Below are positions 30,310-39,768 of a stretch of 64,000 bases of DNA, piece after piece. The position numbers and the translations under genes are program-made. This stretch comes from an uncultured archaeon (GTDB lineage: Archaea > Asgardarchaeota > Lokiarchaeia > Sigyniarchaeales > SOKP01). Below the pieces are notes generated by a model that saw nothing but the letters and a program-made list of their open reading frames with translations, did not search any database and was not told the origin of the DNA. The stretch is from contig CAZDTP010000010.1 in the NCBI GenBank assembly GCA_964508365.1, positions 14,336 through 78,335 of the forward strand, given 5' to 3'. How positions within the stretch are numbered: the first letter of the stretch is position 1; each line of letters opens with the position of its first letter.

Positions 30310-30582
30310 ATCGAAAACCACAGATGGAATCAAAAACCTATCGTAAATTCTTTAATAGATATTTTGATAAAAAATAAAGGCGAAATTTTAGATAAACGTT
30401 TAGAAGAACTACTTAAGAAAGAATTCCCATATATTCAATCATTAATGTTGGAAGAGCTCCTAATGAAACTGGAAAGTCGAAGTATAATTAATGTATTTAG
30501 GGTTTCAAACACTAAAAAAATGATTGTGCTGAACAAAAGAAATCAAGAAATTAGAAGTGAAATAATGGAAGGTTTAAATTGA
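30310..30582 (+). CDS. Small winged-helix-like protein downstream of cdc48; predicted ATC start (TTG 30364 in the ORF track)
   Basis: The frame is open from 30304: ENHRWNQKPIVNSLIDILIKNKGEILDKRLEELLKKEFP...LEELLMKLESRSIINV. AGGTGA SD at 30298-30303. Confidence 0.6.
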   Translation: MENHRWNQKPIVNSLIDILIKNKGEILDKRLEELLKKEFPYIQSLMLEELLMKLESRSIINVFRVSNTKKMIVLNKRNQEIRSEIMEGLN

Positions 30583-32139
30583 GTGGACCTTTTTCCAGTT
30601 AATGCATTCTTGAGCTAAAGTTGCGTGTTCCGTTGGAGATTTAAATCTTCTTTCTCGTATATCCACAAATATTGGATAATTTACGGCATTTCCCATTAAT
30701 AACATCTCACCAACGCCAAGGCTTGAAATCATATTAGAGAATTCTTTAGTAATTGCTTCAGAACTGTCCATCAGATGCTTTAAATCGTAAGGATTTTTAA
30801 TATTTAGAATTAATTTCGAATTGGTTTGCGATAAAGCAGTAGTGCTTAACTTTTTAGGTCTCTGACTTATTAAACATAAGCATGCCATAAATTTCCTTCC
30901 TTCTCTTGCAATTGTTTCAATTATATGTTTTGAAATTGCTTTAGAATGAGCCGCTTCTGGGCAGAATTGGTGTGATTCTTCAATTATCAATAAAAAAGGA
31001 GGAATCTCATTCATTCTTCTTAAATAAAACAAACGAGTACAGATATAATCAACAATTATCTGTTTTTTACGAATTGAAATTTCATTTTGAAGATTGAAAA
31101 TTGATATTTCTCCTTGCTTCACAAAATTATTTATAACTGGATTTTCTTGCGGTCCAAACAGTTTTAACCGGTCTAATTCAGATAACCACCCTATCAAAGC
31201 TTGTTTAGTATTTTTACCGCCTTCTGAATCATTTTCAATTTCTTCAATAATTTCATTAAGTGTATATTTTTTTTTAAAATCATTATCTCTTTTCAATGTC
31301 TTAATGTATTTAGCTAACTCTCTTAATTGAACATGAGATATTTGTTCTTGGTATTTTTTAAAACTATAAGCACCTAAACTAGGGGTTGAAATTTGAAAGT
31401 ACGAAGTGTCTACAACTTTAACTTTACTTTTTAACTCAGGAATATTTTTAAGATAACTATATTCACCGTGTACATCAATCATAATGATCGCTGGTGTTCC
31501 ATAACCGTTTTCTCTTGTTAACAATTCTTCTATCAATACTGAAGTAAGATAACTTTTGCCTCCTCCCGAGATTGAGAGAATTGCAAAATGTTTGTTTAGT
31601 AATCGATCCATATCGATAAAGGCTTCGATGTCAGATACTTTAACTTTTCCGATATTTAATCCATGTGTACGATTAATACCAATAAAAACTTCTAGGATTT
31701 CTTTTTCAACTATAAATACTTCTTTGCCTGGACTTGCGGGATACAGCATCCTCTTTATCCTTCTCAAATCTGTTTCATTAGAGTCATTGAATTCTACTAT
31801 TCCTAAGTTTCTTACAATTGCAATAGCATATTCAAAATCGTCACTAGGAAAGAGTCCTTTTAGAATATTTGGATTAGTTTCACTGTTATAAGCTTTAATT
31901 GTAAGCGCATCAGAGAAATATTCGTTTAAAAGGACAATTTTTTCAATTATGCCTATTAAATAACCTTCAATAGATCTAGTATATACAAATAATCCTTTTT
32001 TAACGAGTAATCCACCAGTTCTCTTATTTATTACAAAAGGATAGTTTGAAACATCAGGTAATTGAAGAAAATTAAATACTATACCAAGCTTTAGAGACAT
32101 TGAATTTAGATAAGTAAAAATATTAATAAATATAGACAA
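30574..32139 (-). CDS. HerA/FtsK-like ATPase (DUF87); likely start near 32100
   Basis: KHFAILSISGGGKSY (variant Walker A), IDVHGEY, IIEESHQF, IAREGRKF, SQRP. Confidence 0.88.
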   Translation of the reverse strand: MSIFINIFTYLNSMSLKLGIVFNFLQLPDVSNYPFVINKRTGGLLVKKGLFVYTRSIEGYLIGIIEKIVLLNEYFSDALTIKAYNSETNPNILKGLFPSDDFEYAIAIVRNLGIVEFNDSNETDLRRIKRMLYPASPGKEVFIVEKEILEVFIGINRTHGLNIGKVKVSDIEAFIDMDRLLNKHFAILSISGGGKSYLTSVLIEELLTRENGYGTPAIIMIDVHGEYSYLKNIPELKSKVKVVDTSYFQISTPSLGAYSFKKYQEQISHVQLRELAKYIKTLKRDNDFKKKYTLNEIIEEIENDSEGGKNTKQALIGWLSELDRLKLFGPQENPVINNFVKQGEISIFNLQNEISIRKKQIIVDYICTRLFYLRRMNEIPPFLLIIEESHQFCPEAAHSKAISKHIIETIAREGRKFMACLCLISQRPKKLSTTALSQTNSKLILNIKNPYDLKHLMDSSEAITKEFSNMISSLGVGEMLLMGNAVNYPIFVDIRERRFKSPTEHATLAQECINWKKVHSI

Positions 32140-32209
32140 GAGACAGAATTTACTGATTTAAAAAGAAAGTATATTAGAAAAAAAATATGGATGAAATTAC
32201 GTTTAGGCT

Positions 32210-32812
32210 CTAATTTTCCAATTTTCCCATTATTCTTAATATTACATAGTATCCGTTTTTCCAAAAGTAGATCATAAATAAGGTAATTGCTAAAATCGCA
32301 AATACCGCAATTCCTGCGAATAGAATCTTATTACCTGTTGGAGATAAGATTAAAAATACAAAAAAAGGTGAACTTTCGCTAGAACCTATCTCTTGAATTA
32401 ATGAGATTATAATACCAACAATAACTGCCATAACACTTATTAACAGACCCCCAGCAGCAATTTTAACATCAATACGATTTTTATACTTTTCTTCAATTTC
32501 TCTTACATTGAAAATGAAGTGTAACACCCATTTTCTTCCTTTTTTAAATAATCCAAAGAAAAATATCAAAAGAAAAAACAGTCCCGCTAAAATTCCCGCG
32601 ATTATAGCAATTTGGGATCCTAAACTAAACGCTAAGAAAACATCTAACTTCCCAGTTGGCATTATAAAGTCAAATATTGACCAGATACCTCCCGTAATGC
32701 AAGTCAAGCAAGCAAGAACGATAAAAATGTAAAATATATTCCCTACTACTCTTTGGTTTGAAGGATAAATTTCTTCAGAACTTGAATATGATTCTTCCAT
32801 TTTTTCCACCAA
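32210..32812 (-). CDS. Integral membrane protein with an internal two-fold repeat
   Basis: Four TM segments; repeated L..G..I...G...F...KxG...L pattern. Confidence 0.75.
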   Translation of the reverse strand: MVEKMEESYSSSEEIYPSNQRVVGNIFYIFIVLACLTCITGGIWSIFDFIMPTGKLDVFLAFSLGSQIAIIAGILAGLFFLLIFFFGLFKKGRKWVLHFIFNVREIEEKYKNRIDVKIAAGGLLISVMAVIVGIIISLIQEIGSSESSPFFVFLILSPTGNKILFAGIAVFAILAITLFMIYFWKNGYYVILRIMGKLEN

Positions 32813-32903
32813 TCTATTTTATATAAAAAATTTATAATATTCTAAATATATAAAATTGAGTATTTTAGCTTAAATTTGAAGTAAAGACCTCGAAGTGAAA
32901 GCT

Positions 32904-34442
32904 TTAATTGGTTTCTTTATGTTGGAGCGTTTCGATGAATGTTTTAAAGAAATTTTTTTCATTTAAATACGAATATAAATTATTTGACAAATTGTAAATC
33001 TCATTATATACCTTCTGATGAGATATATTAGGAATCCATTTCTTATCCACCTTACAAATATTTTCAGTAGCTTTAATAAGATCAGGAAACAATCCAGCAC
33101 CTGTTGCTGCTAAAATTGCCGCTCCTAAAGATGTAGCTTCTTCAATTACATTTCTTACACAAGTTATACCTATAACATCAGAGTAGATTTGATTCCAAAA
33201 ATCTGAGCGAGACCCACCCCCAGTTAACTTTAATTCTTTTGGAGCTATTCCTAACTCTCTAAAGATTTCAATATTTTTTCTTACTTCAAATGCCACACCC
33301 TCCATAATAGATCGTATAATATCTCTTCTTTTATGACCTAATGATAAACCGTATATTATACCTCGTGCATACGGGTTCCAATGAGGTGCTCCAGCACCAA
33401 CCAAATGCGGGATTGCTAATAGCGAGTTAGCTCCAATGGGTGACTTTTCAGCTTCTTCAGTTAATATAACATACGGATCTTGGTTTAGTTTTTCAGCCTG
33501 TTCACACTCTTGTGCCCCTAGTTCGTCCCTAAACCACCTCAAAAAGGCTCCAGTTGTAAAAATACTAGCTTCTTGAACCCATGCGCCAGGAATTGCATGA
33601 CAACTGCATAAAACACGCTTTTTCGGATCAAGTTTAGGTTGTTCTAAATAAGCTAATATAAAACTTCCAGTTCCAGTCGTGACTTTAATGGTTCCTGGAG
33701 AGACAACTCCTACTCCCAGTGCCGCTGATTGCTGATCACCTGCTCCAGTTATTACTAAAGTCTTTTTGTCAAATAATGTATCCTCAGTTATGATTTCTCC
33801 TATGTCGATTCCACTCTCTAAGGGTTCTGGCATTTTATCCAAGTCAATTTCAAGTTCAGAGGCGATCTCATCTGAATACTTGAATTTATTAATATCAAAA
33901 AGCATCGTCCTCGAAGCGTTTGAGTGGTCTGTATAAAAATTTCCAGTTAATTTATAGATAATATAATCTGAAACAAGTAAGAATTTATGGGTTTTTTGAT
34001 ATATCTCTGGTTTTTCATCTTTGAACCATAAAATTTTTGTGGCAGAAAAATAAGGATCAATAATTAACCCCGTAGTATTATATATTTTATCTTCTCCTAT
34101 CTTTTTCTTAATGAACTCAACTTGGTTAGTGGTTCTTCGATCTTGCCACACTAACGCATTATGTAAAGGGTTACCTTCTCGATCTACAGGAACAATTGTT
34201 TCGCGCTGATTAGTAACAGAAAGACTTACAATATCTGATTTATCGATTCCGCTTTTTTTAATAGCTATTTCGATAGTTTTCTTTAATGATTCCCACCACG
34301 AATTAGCGTCTTGCTCCACATAAGAAGGAACTGGATAAAAACTCTCCCACTCTTGGTAGTCACTTGATATTATTGAACCAGACATATCAAAAATAAACGT
34401 TCTACATCCTGTAGTTCCAAGGTCGAGTGCTGCAACAAACAT
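32904..34442 (-). CDS. FGGY-family kinase (xylulokinase/glycerol kinase-like)
   Basis: ALDLGTTGCR, TNQRET, WQDRR, PYFSATK, GAGDQ, TTGTGS, GGGSRS. Confidence 0.92.
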   Translation of the reverse strand: MFVAALDLGTTGCRTFIFDMSGSIISSDYQEWESFYPVPSYVEQDANSWWESLKKTIEIAIKKSGIDKSDIVSLSVTNQRETIVPVDREGNPLHNALVWQDRRTTNQVEFIKKKIGEDKIYNTTGLIIDPYFSATKILWFKDEKPEIYQKTHKFLLVSDYIIYKLTGNFYTDHSNASRTMLFDINKFKYSDEIASELEIDLDKMPEPLESGIDIGEIITEDTLFDKKTLVITGAGDQQSAALGVGVVSPGTIKVTTGTGSFILAYLEQPKLDPKKRVLCSCHAIPGAWVQEASIFTTGAFLRWFRDELGAQECEQAEKLNQDPYVILTEEAEKSPIGANSLLAIPHLVGAGAPHWNPYARGIIYGLSLGHKRRDIIRSIMEGVAFEVRKNIEIFRELGIAPKELKLTGGGSRSDFWNQIYSDVIGITCVRNVIEEATSLGAAILAATGAGLFPDLIKATENICKVDKKWIPNISHQKVYNEIYNLSNNLYSYLNEKNFFKTFIETLQHKETN

Positions 34443-34540
34443 AATTACTAAACATCTTTGTATATTTAGTTTTAATGATATGTAATAGATTGTATTATGA
34501 AATAAAAACTATTATTAACGATTATAAGAAAAAACTTTTT

Positions 34541-35218
34541 TTATTTCACTTTTTTAAACCCACATTGTTGACACACTAATCCAACTTTAGGAATATAAAC
34601 TTGTGTAAGGGGACCATTACAAATTGGGCACTTAACATCAGATGTTGGAAACCAATGTCCTTTAATATTGGGCATTTGTTTCAAAGTATTAACGAATTTC
34701 AATCTCTCTAAATCCTGCTTATTTATCTGCAGCAACTGTTGTTCTTCAGCAATAGATTTTCCTTTTGGAGCTAAAACCATTAAAAATTTCATTTCTTTCG
34801 GATTGTTTAGTAAAGATAATGTTCTTAATATAGCTCCTTCTTTATATTGCTCAAATAATTTAGCTAATTCTGGAGGGGCTAAAGCTACTAATATTGCTTG
34901 CGAATCCTTTGAGTGTTCTTTAACTTTTTGGATGAGGAATTGGAACATTCTCCTTTCTTGATCCATTCCCCAAATAAAGTTCCAAGGTTTTATATCGTAA
35001 TCCTCCTTATTAGGTCCGACGATTCTTTTGATACATTCCACCCATGAATAATGGTTAAAATTATACATATTAGAGAGTAAATCGTCAAAAAATCCTGGTT
35101 CAATTACGGGAAAAGTTTTGATTATATTTTTTAGTGATAACAATTTAACTTCGGTCAAAACTTTTGCGTTAAGATTATCCCACGGCGTATATGCGAAGAC
35201 TGAAAAGAAATTGCTCAT
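34541..35218 (-). CDS. Hypothetical protein with C-terminal Zn ribbon
   Basis: CPICNGPL...CQQCGF at the C-terminus. Confidence 0.75.
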   Translation of the reverse strand: MSNFFSVFAYTPWDNLNAKVLTEVKLLSLKNIIKTFPVIEPGFFDDLLSNMYNFNHYSWVECIKRIVGPNKEDYDIKPWNFIWGMDQERRMFQFLIQKVKEHSKDSQAILVALAPPELAKLFEQYKEGAILRTLSLLNNPKEMKFLMVLAPKGKSIAEEQQLLQINKQDLERLKFVNTLKQMPNIKGHWFPTSDVKCPICNGPLTQVYIPKVGLVCQQCGFKKVK

Positions 35219-35350
35219 GATATTTTAAAACTAATTTATAATATCCTTTTAATTTTAATATTTACTAAAGAATAATGGTTTAAAATATAAAAATAAGATT
35301 TAAGAAATATTACTCTTATTCCTTTGTTAAATACTAAACGAGATGATTAA

Positions 35351-36502
35351 ATGAATGGAATTTGGGATGTAAAAGCTGATGTAATAAAGGAAGGAGATAA
35401 CCTTAGGGATGTGTCACCTCTTATCGATAAAACTCTGAAAGACGAAATGGGTTTTATTCATTACATCTTTAGTAAAACTGATTTTAATAATCCTTGGTAC
35501 ACCATACCAGAAGACGATTTCAAATTATTTGAAAACTTTATTGAAGGTGGATCTAGAGCGTATCCTTCAGATGGTAGCATCCCCTGTGATATAGTGGCGA
35601 GTGAAGCGAGAAAAGTTCTCAAGAAAATTGAACTATGTTCGCAAGATCCTAATCACCATTATTGTGAAGATGCTCGTTTAGTATTAAAAAAGGGGAAATT
35701 ATCGTCAGTCAGAGGCACGTTAAAACTCTATTTAGGTAAATATACAACCCGGGATTGGAGAAGAAAAAGGTTTACAGATGACATCGATTTTTGGATGTTT
35801 CAGACTAATTTATTGGACTCTTCTTTAAAGGAGTGCAGTTTTATAAAAAATAAAGAGACAGGAGAATGGGAAAAAACCGTAGAATGGAATAAATTTGAAA
35901 CTAAAGAAAAGAGGCGTGAAACTCTTTTTGCTGCAAATAACCTTAATCAGCTACTCGATTTTGGAGCGGGTAGTTATCTCGAAGGTTCAAGTTTAAAAGA
36001 AATTTTTGATAAAAAAATTAAAAGAGGTCACGATGTAGATTTAAGCGATGTTATAAATGTAGCAATGGTAAACAATGGTATTGAAGGTGTTCATAAAGAT
36101 GAGTGGTTAGATGCATGGAATTCTTTTGAACAGGCAGCTAATACGCGAAATACTAGAACCACATCTAATTTAATAAGTATTTGCCGTTACTCCTTTGCTA
36201 TTGCAGACCATCTTGAAAAAGTCGGCGAGGCTATCAGAAAGCATAAAGATCTTATTTTTGATAAATCCAAATATTCAGACGAGAAGATAAAAAAGCTCTG
36301 CAGAATCTCTACTCATTGGGAAAAATTTTATGAAACTAACGGGGTAAATGAAGCAAGAAAGATGATTCATGATTTTTACAATGAACAAGCAGAAGAGAAA
36401 CCATTGCACTCGCAAAACCTAAGATTTCTTGCGAATAAAATACTAAAATTACTTAATTCCAAATACGAGTATCTTAAGGTTATATTCGAAATTGAGCATT
36501 AA
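35351..36502 (+). CDS. Hypothetical protein, possible nucleotidyltransferase fold
   Basis: Long ORF with R-F-T-D-D-I-D-F motif and D-L-S-D downstream. Confidence 0.6.
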   Translation: MNGIWDVKADVIKEGDNLRDVSPLIDKTLKDEMGFIHYIFSKTDFNNPWYTIPEDDFKLFENFIEGGSRAYPSDGSIPCDIVASEARKVLKKIELCSQDPNHHYCEDARLVLKKGKLSSVRGTLKLYLGKYTTRDWRRKRFTDDIDFWMFQTNLLDSSLKECSFIKNKETGEWEKTVEWNKFETKEKRRETLFAANNLNQLLDFGAGSYLEGSSLKEIFDKKIKRGHDVDLSDVINVAMVNNGIEGVHKDEWLDAWNSFEQAANTRNTRTTSNLISICRYSFAIADHLEKVGEAIRKHKDLIFDKSKYSDEKIKKLCRISTHWEKFYETNGVNEARKMIHDFYNEQAEEKPLHSQNLRFLANKILKLLNSKYEYLKVIFEIEH

Positions 36503-36656
36503 TTGTCATCTTTTTATGAATTTATCCTTAAAAAAAACCTAACTATAAAATATGAAAAATAGAATAATCAACAAAGATTATGTTAAAATCTAATTATTGT
36601 CAACCAATAAACCTAAATCTATTTAATATTTTTATTAAACCTATCATTAATTATTT

Positions 36657-37925
36657 GTGGTGTTAATCAACCAAGGTGGAAAAAAATTGTATGATTATTT
36701 GTTAAGCGAAGAAAATATGAAATTTAGAGATGAAATTCGAGAGTTTGTAAAGAATGCGGTACCTCCTTCTTTATTAAAAAAAATGGATAAAGATGAAGTA
36801 CAATACCCAAGTGAATGGTTACTTGCTCTAGCCCGACAAAATTTAATAGGTATCAGGTTTCCAAAAGAATATGGAGGTCGTGGATTGAATTGGGAAAGTG
36901 AAATAATTGCTCAAGAAGAAATAGGTGTATTAGGAAGTTCTCTAGCTTGTTTATTTTCATTACCAAGCATCTGTGGAGAGGCTATTAATAAATTTGGTAC
37001 CGAAGAACAAAAACTTAACTACCTTAAACCCATGTGTGAGGGCAAAAAATTTACAGCTGAAGCACTAACTGAACCAAGAGGCGGGTCTGATTTTTTTGGA
37101 GCTACATCCACAGCTGTAAAAGAAGGAGATTATTATATATTAAACGGAGAAAAGCGATTCGTTGTTGGAGCTGAAGGTGCTGATTTCTTTTTGGTTTACG
37201 CTAAAACCAATACTAAAGCCCCTACTCGCGATTCTTTAAGCTTATTTATTGTTGATAAAAGTGATGCAGTAGATGCTGCATATATTTACGGTTTATTAGG
37301 CACTAGGGGCGGTGGAGCAGGTAGGATAGTTTTTAAAGACGCAGAAGTCCCTAAGGAGAATTTAATTCTGAAGGAAGGAGATGGGGGTAAAATATTTTAC
37401 CACATGATGGTTCCAGAACGATTAACTACAGCGTCTGGTTTTCTTGGATTGGCACGTGCTTGTTTTCAAATAGCAACCAAATATAGCACAAAAAGAAAAG
37501 CATTTGGACAGATTATAAAGAATTTTCAAGCTGTTCACTTCATGATAGCGGATTGTATTACTTATTTAGATGCAACAAGAGCAATTGTATTTAATACAGC
37601 GAAATCTATAGATGCAGGAGCGCCACCCGCTCTTCAAAGAAGATTAGTTTCTGAATCCAAAAAATTTTCAACTAAAGCATGCTGGAAAGTTATTAACAAA
37701 TCAATGCAAATAATGGGTGGTATCGGATATACAACCGTGTATCCAATAGAACGCCTTTTGAGAGACGCTCGTATAGGAGAGATTTGGACCGGAACTACAG
37801 AAATAATGAATTTAATTATCCAACACGAGTATTACAAGGAAATTTTAAGCGAAAAATGGATTGGTCGCGATGTGGAACTAGACGCTATAGACGCTGAACA
37901 CGAGGAAGAAAAACACTACGGATAA
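36657..37925 (+). CDS. Acyl-CoA dehydrogenase
   Basis: ALTEPRGGSD, LNGEKRF, RKAFGQ, GGIGY, ERLLRDAR, GTTEI. Confidence 0.95.
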   Translation: MVLINQGGKKLYDYLLSEENMKFRDEIREFVKNAVPPSLLKKMDKDEVQYPSEWLLALARQNLIGIRFPKEYGGRGLNWESEIIAQEEIGVLGSSLACLFSLPSICGEAINKFGTEEQKLNYLKPMCEGKKFTAEALTEPRGGSDFFGATSTAVKEGDYYILNGEKRFVVGAEGADFFLVYAKTNTKAPTRDSLSLFIVDKSDAVDAAYIYGLLGTRGGGAGRIVFKDAEVPKENLILKEGDGGKIFYHMMVPERLTTASGFLGLARACFQIATKYSTKRKAFGQIIKNFQAVHFMIADCITYLDATRAIVFNTAKSIDAGAPPALQRRLVSESKKFSTKACWKVINKSMQIMGGIGYTTVYPIERLLRDARIGEIWTGTTEIMNLIIQHEYYKEILSEKWIGRDVELDAIDAEHEEEKHYG

Positions 37926-37949
37926 GAAGGATGATATTTAAACAATACC

Positions 37950-38210
37950 TCATTCTATCTGTTCTACTTTTGAATAGTCAACAGTAATAGTATTCTTTGT
38001 CTCGATTATCTCTCCGAATATCAACACTTTTTTATTTAAAAATCTATGCAATTCAGGATCTTTTTCCCACATATGAGTTTTTTTCCTAACAACTATTTCT
38101 GACCATCTGTCTTTGTCATGATCCAATGGTTTAATGAAATATTCAGGTCCTTCTGATAGTGTTCCCTTTCCCTTTATAATGGCAAAAAGAGTTCCTCTAA
38201 TTTCATTCAT
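37950..38210 (-). CDS. Small hypothetical protein (OB-fold-like)
   Basis: 86 aa; GTLSEGPEYF...VLIFGEI; convergent with the upstream gene. Confidence 0.6.
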   Translation of the reverse strand: MNEIRGTLFAIIKGKGTLSEGPEYFIKPLDHDKDRWSEIVVRKKTHMWEKDPELHRFLNKKVLIFGEIIETKNTITVDYSKVEQIE

Positions 38211-38294
38211 AGTTTAAATAATTCTATTATATTTTATTATTACAAGTTAAGTAAAAAAAGTTAGCAATGCGATAAGCGAATAACAAAAGAGATT

Positions 38295-39764
38295 TTAGCT
38301 CTTCTTGAATTCTTTGAATAAACTTCTCACTTTTAAGAAAGAATTGATCAATGTTAACAATCTTCTAGGGTTCAAAATAAATAACAATCCTCGAGTTTTA
38401 ATTAGACGATGACCTAAATCTTTCAAGTTATTAATATATTTTAATTCTCTAAAAGAGAAATATAAGAGTTCATATAATTGTTTTGGACTTAATTGATGAG
38501 TTCTAATAACAGGATAAAAAACTGTATATTTAGACCAATCTTTAGATATTATTAATCCTTGCTCATCCAGTTCTTTAAAAGTATCGCTTCCGGGAAATGG
38601 AGTTAATAACACAAAACTCACTATATCTACATCCACAGTTTTCATAAATTTAATTTCTTTAATAACTTCTTTTTCTGTTTCTTTTAAATCAATCCCAATT
38701 ATCAAATTCCCAATTACAATTATATTATTTTCATGTAAAATTTTAAGCCCTTCAATTACTTTTTTAAATTCAAATCCCTTTCTCATTTCTTTAAGAGATT
38801 CTTCATTTACACTTTCAATCCCTATAAAAACCACCCAAAATCCTGCTTTTCTCATCTTTTTTACCATTTGAGGTGCGTTTATAATAGAATCGACTCTTAT
38901 CTGCGCAAAAAATTTAAAATCATTAATTTCTTTTTTTTGTTTACATTCAATTATTTTATCACATAAATTTTCAATTCTTGTAGTATTCACAGTTAGATTA
39001 TCATCTACAAAAAAAATATCTGTAATTTTTCTATTCTGTGAGATAATCTTTAATTCTTTTATTATTTTTTCAACAGGACGCGATCTCCATAAATTTTTAT
39101 TGAAAACATGAGTAGTACAAAATTTACAAGTATAAGGACAACCTCTAGAGGTTTCCACTGTTTCTAATCTTACTGTAAACATTTTATATTTATTATTTTT
39201 TGTGAGTTCTCTTGCGGGAAATCTAATGTTTTCAAAATCTTTTATTAATGGTCTATCAGGATTATGAATTACTTTCCCATTAGATTTATACGAAATCCCT
39301 TTTACACTTTTAGGGGTACCCTTAATGATTAATTCTCTAAATGTTAACTCTCCTTCGCCCCTTACTAGTATATCAACTTCATTAATATTTATTGTTGAAT
39401 CTGGTTCGAATGTAGGGTGTCTCCCACCAAATACTACAGTACAATTTGGATTAACTTCTTTTACAATTTTTGCAATATTATTTGAGTTCTTTAATGCGGC
39501 AGATACAAAAACTGAAATACCAACAATATCTGGATTAAATTTTTCAATTTTTTTCTTAATCTGACTAAATGTTAAGTTTTTCACTTTTGTATCAAGAATT
39601 TCTACATTTACATTTAAATCAGTCAAATAACTAGCTATATAAGTCAGATTAATTGGAGGAAAATCCATATTATAATAGTCCCAGCCAGTGGTTCTATAAT
39701 TTGGTTTAATTAATAGTACTTTTTTCCAAGTAAAATCATGATTTTTTGAAATTTGATAATCCAT
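38295..39764 (-). CDS. B12-binding radical SAM protein
   Basis: N-terminal B12 domain (PDIVGIS, GGRHPT, VRGEGE); ETSRGCPYTCKFC. Confidence 0.93.
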   Translation of the reverse strand: MDYQISKNHDFTWKKVLLIKPNYRTTGWDYYNMDFPPINLTYIASYLTDLNVNVEILDTKVKNLTFSQIKKKIEKFNPDIVGISVFVSAALKNSNNIAKIVKEVNPNCTVVFGGRHPTFEPDSTININEVDILVRGEGELTFRELIIKGTPKSVKGISYKSNGKVIHNPDRPLIKDFENIRFPARELTKNNKYKMFTVRLETVETSRGCPYTCKFCTTHVFNKNLWRSRPVEKIIKELKIISQNRKITDIFFVDDNLTVNTTRIENLCDKIIECKQKKEINDFKFFAQIRVDSIINAPQMVKKMRKAGFWVVFIGIESVNEESLKEMRKGFEFKKVIEGLKILHENNIIVIGNLIIGIDLKETEKEVIKEIKFMKTVDVDIVSFVLLTPFPGSDTFKELDEQGLIISKDWSKYTVFYPVIRTHQLSPKQLYELLYFSFRELKYINNLKDLGHRLIKTRGLLFILNPRRLLTLINSFLKVRSLFKEFKKS

Positions 39765-39768
39765 TTCT

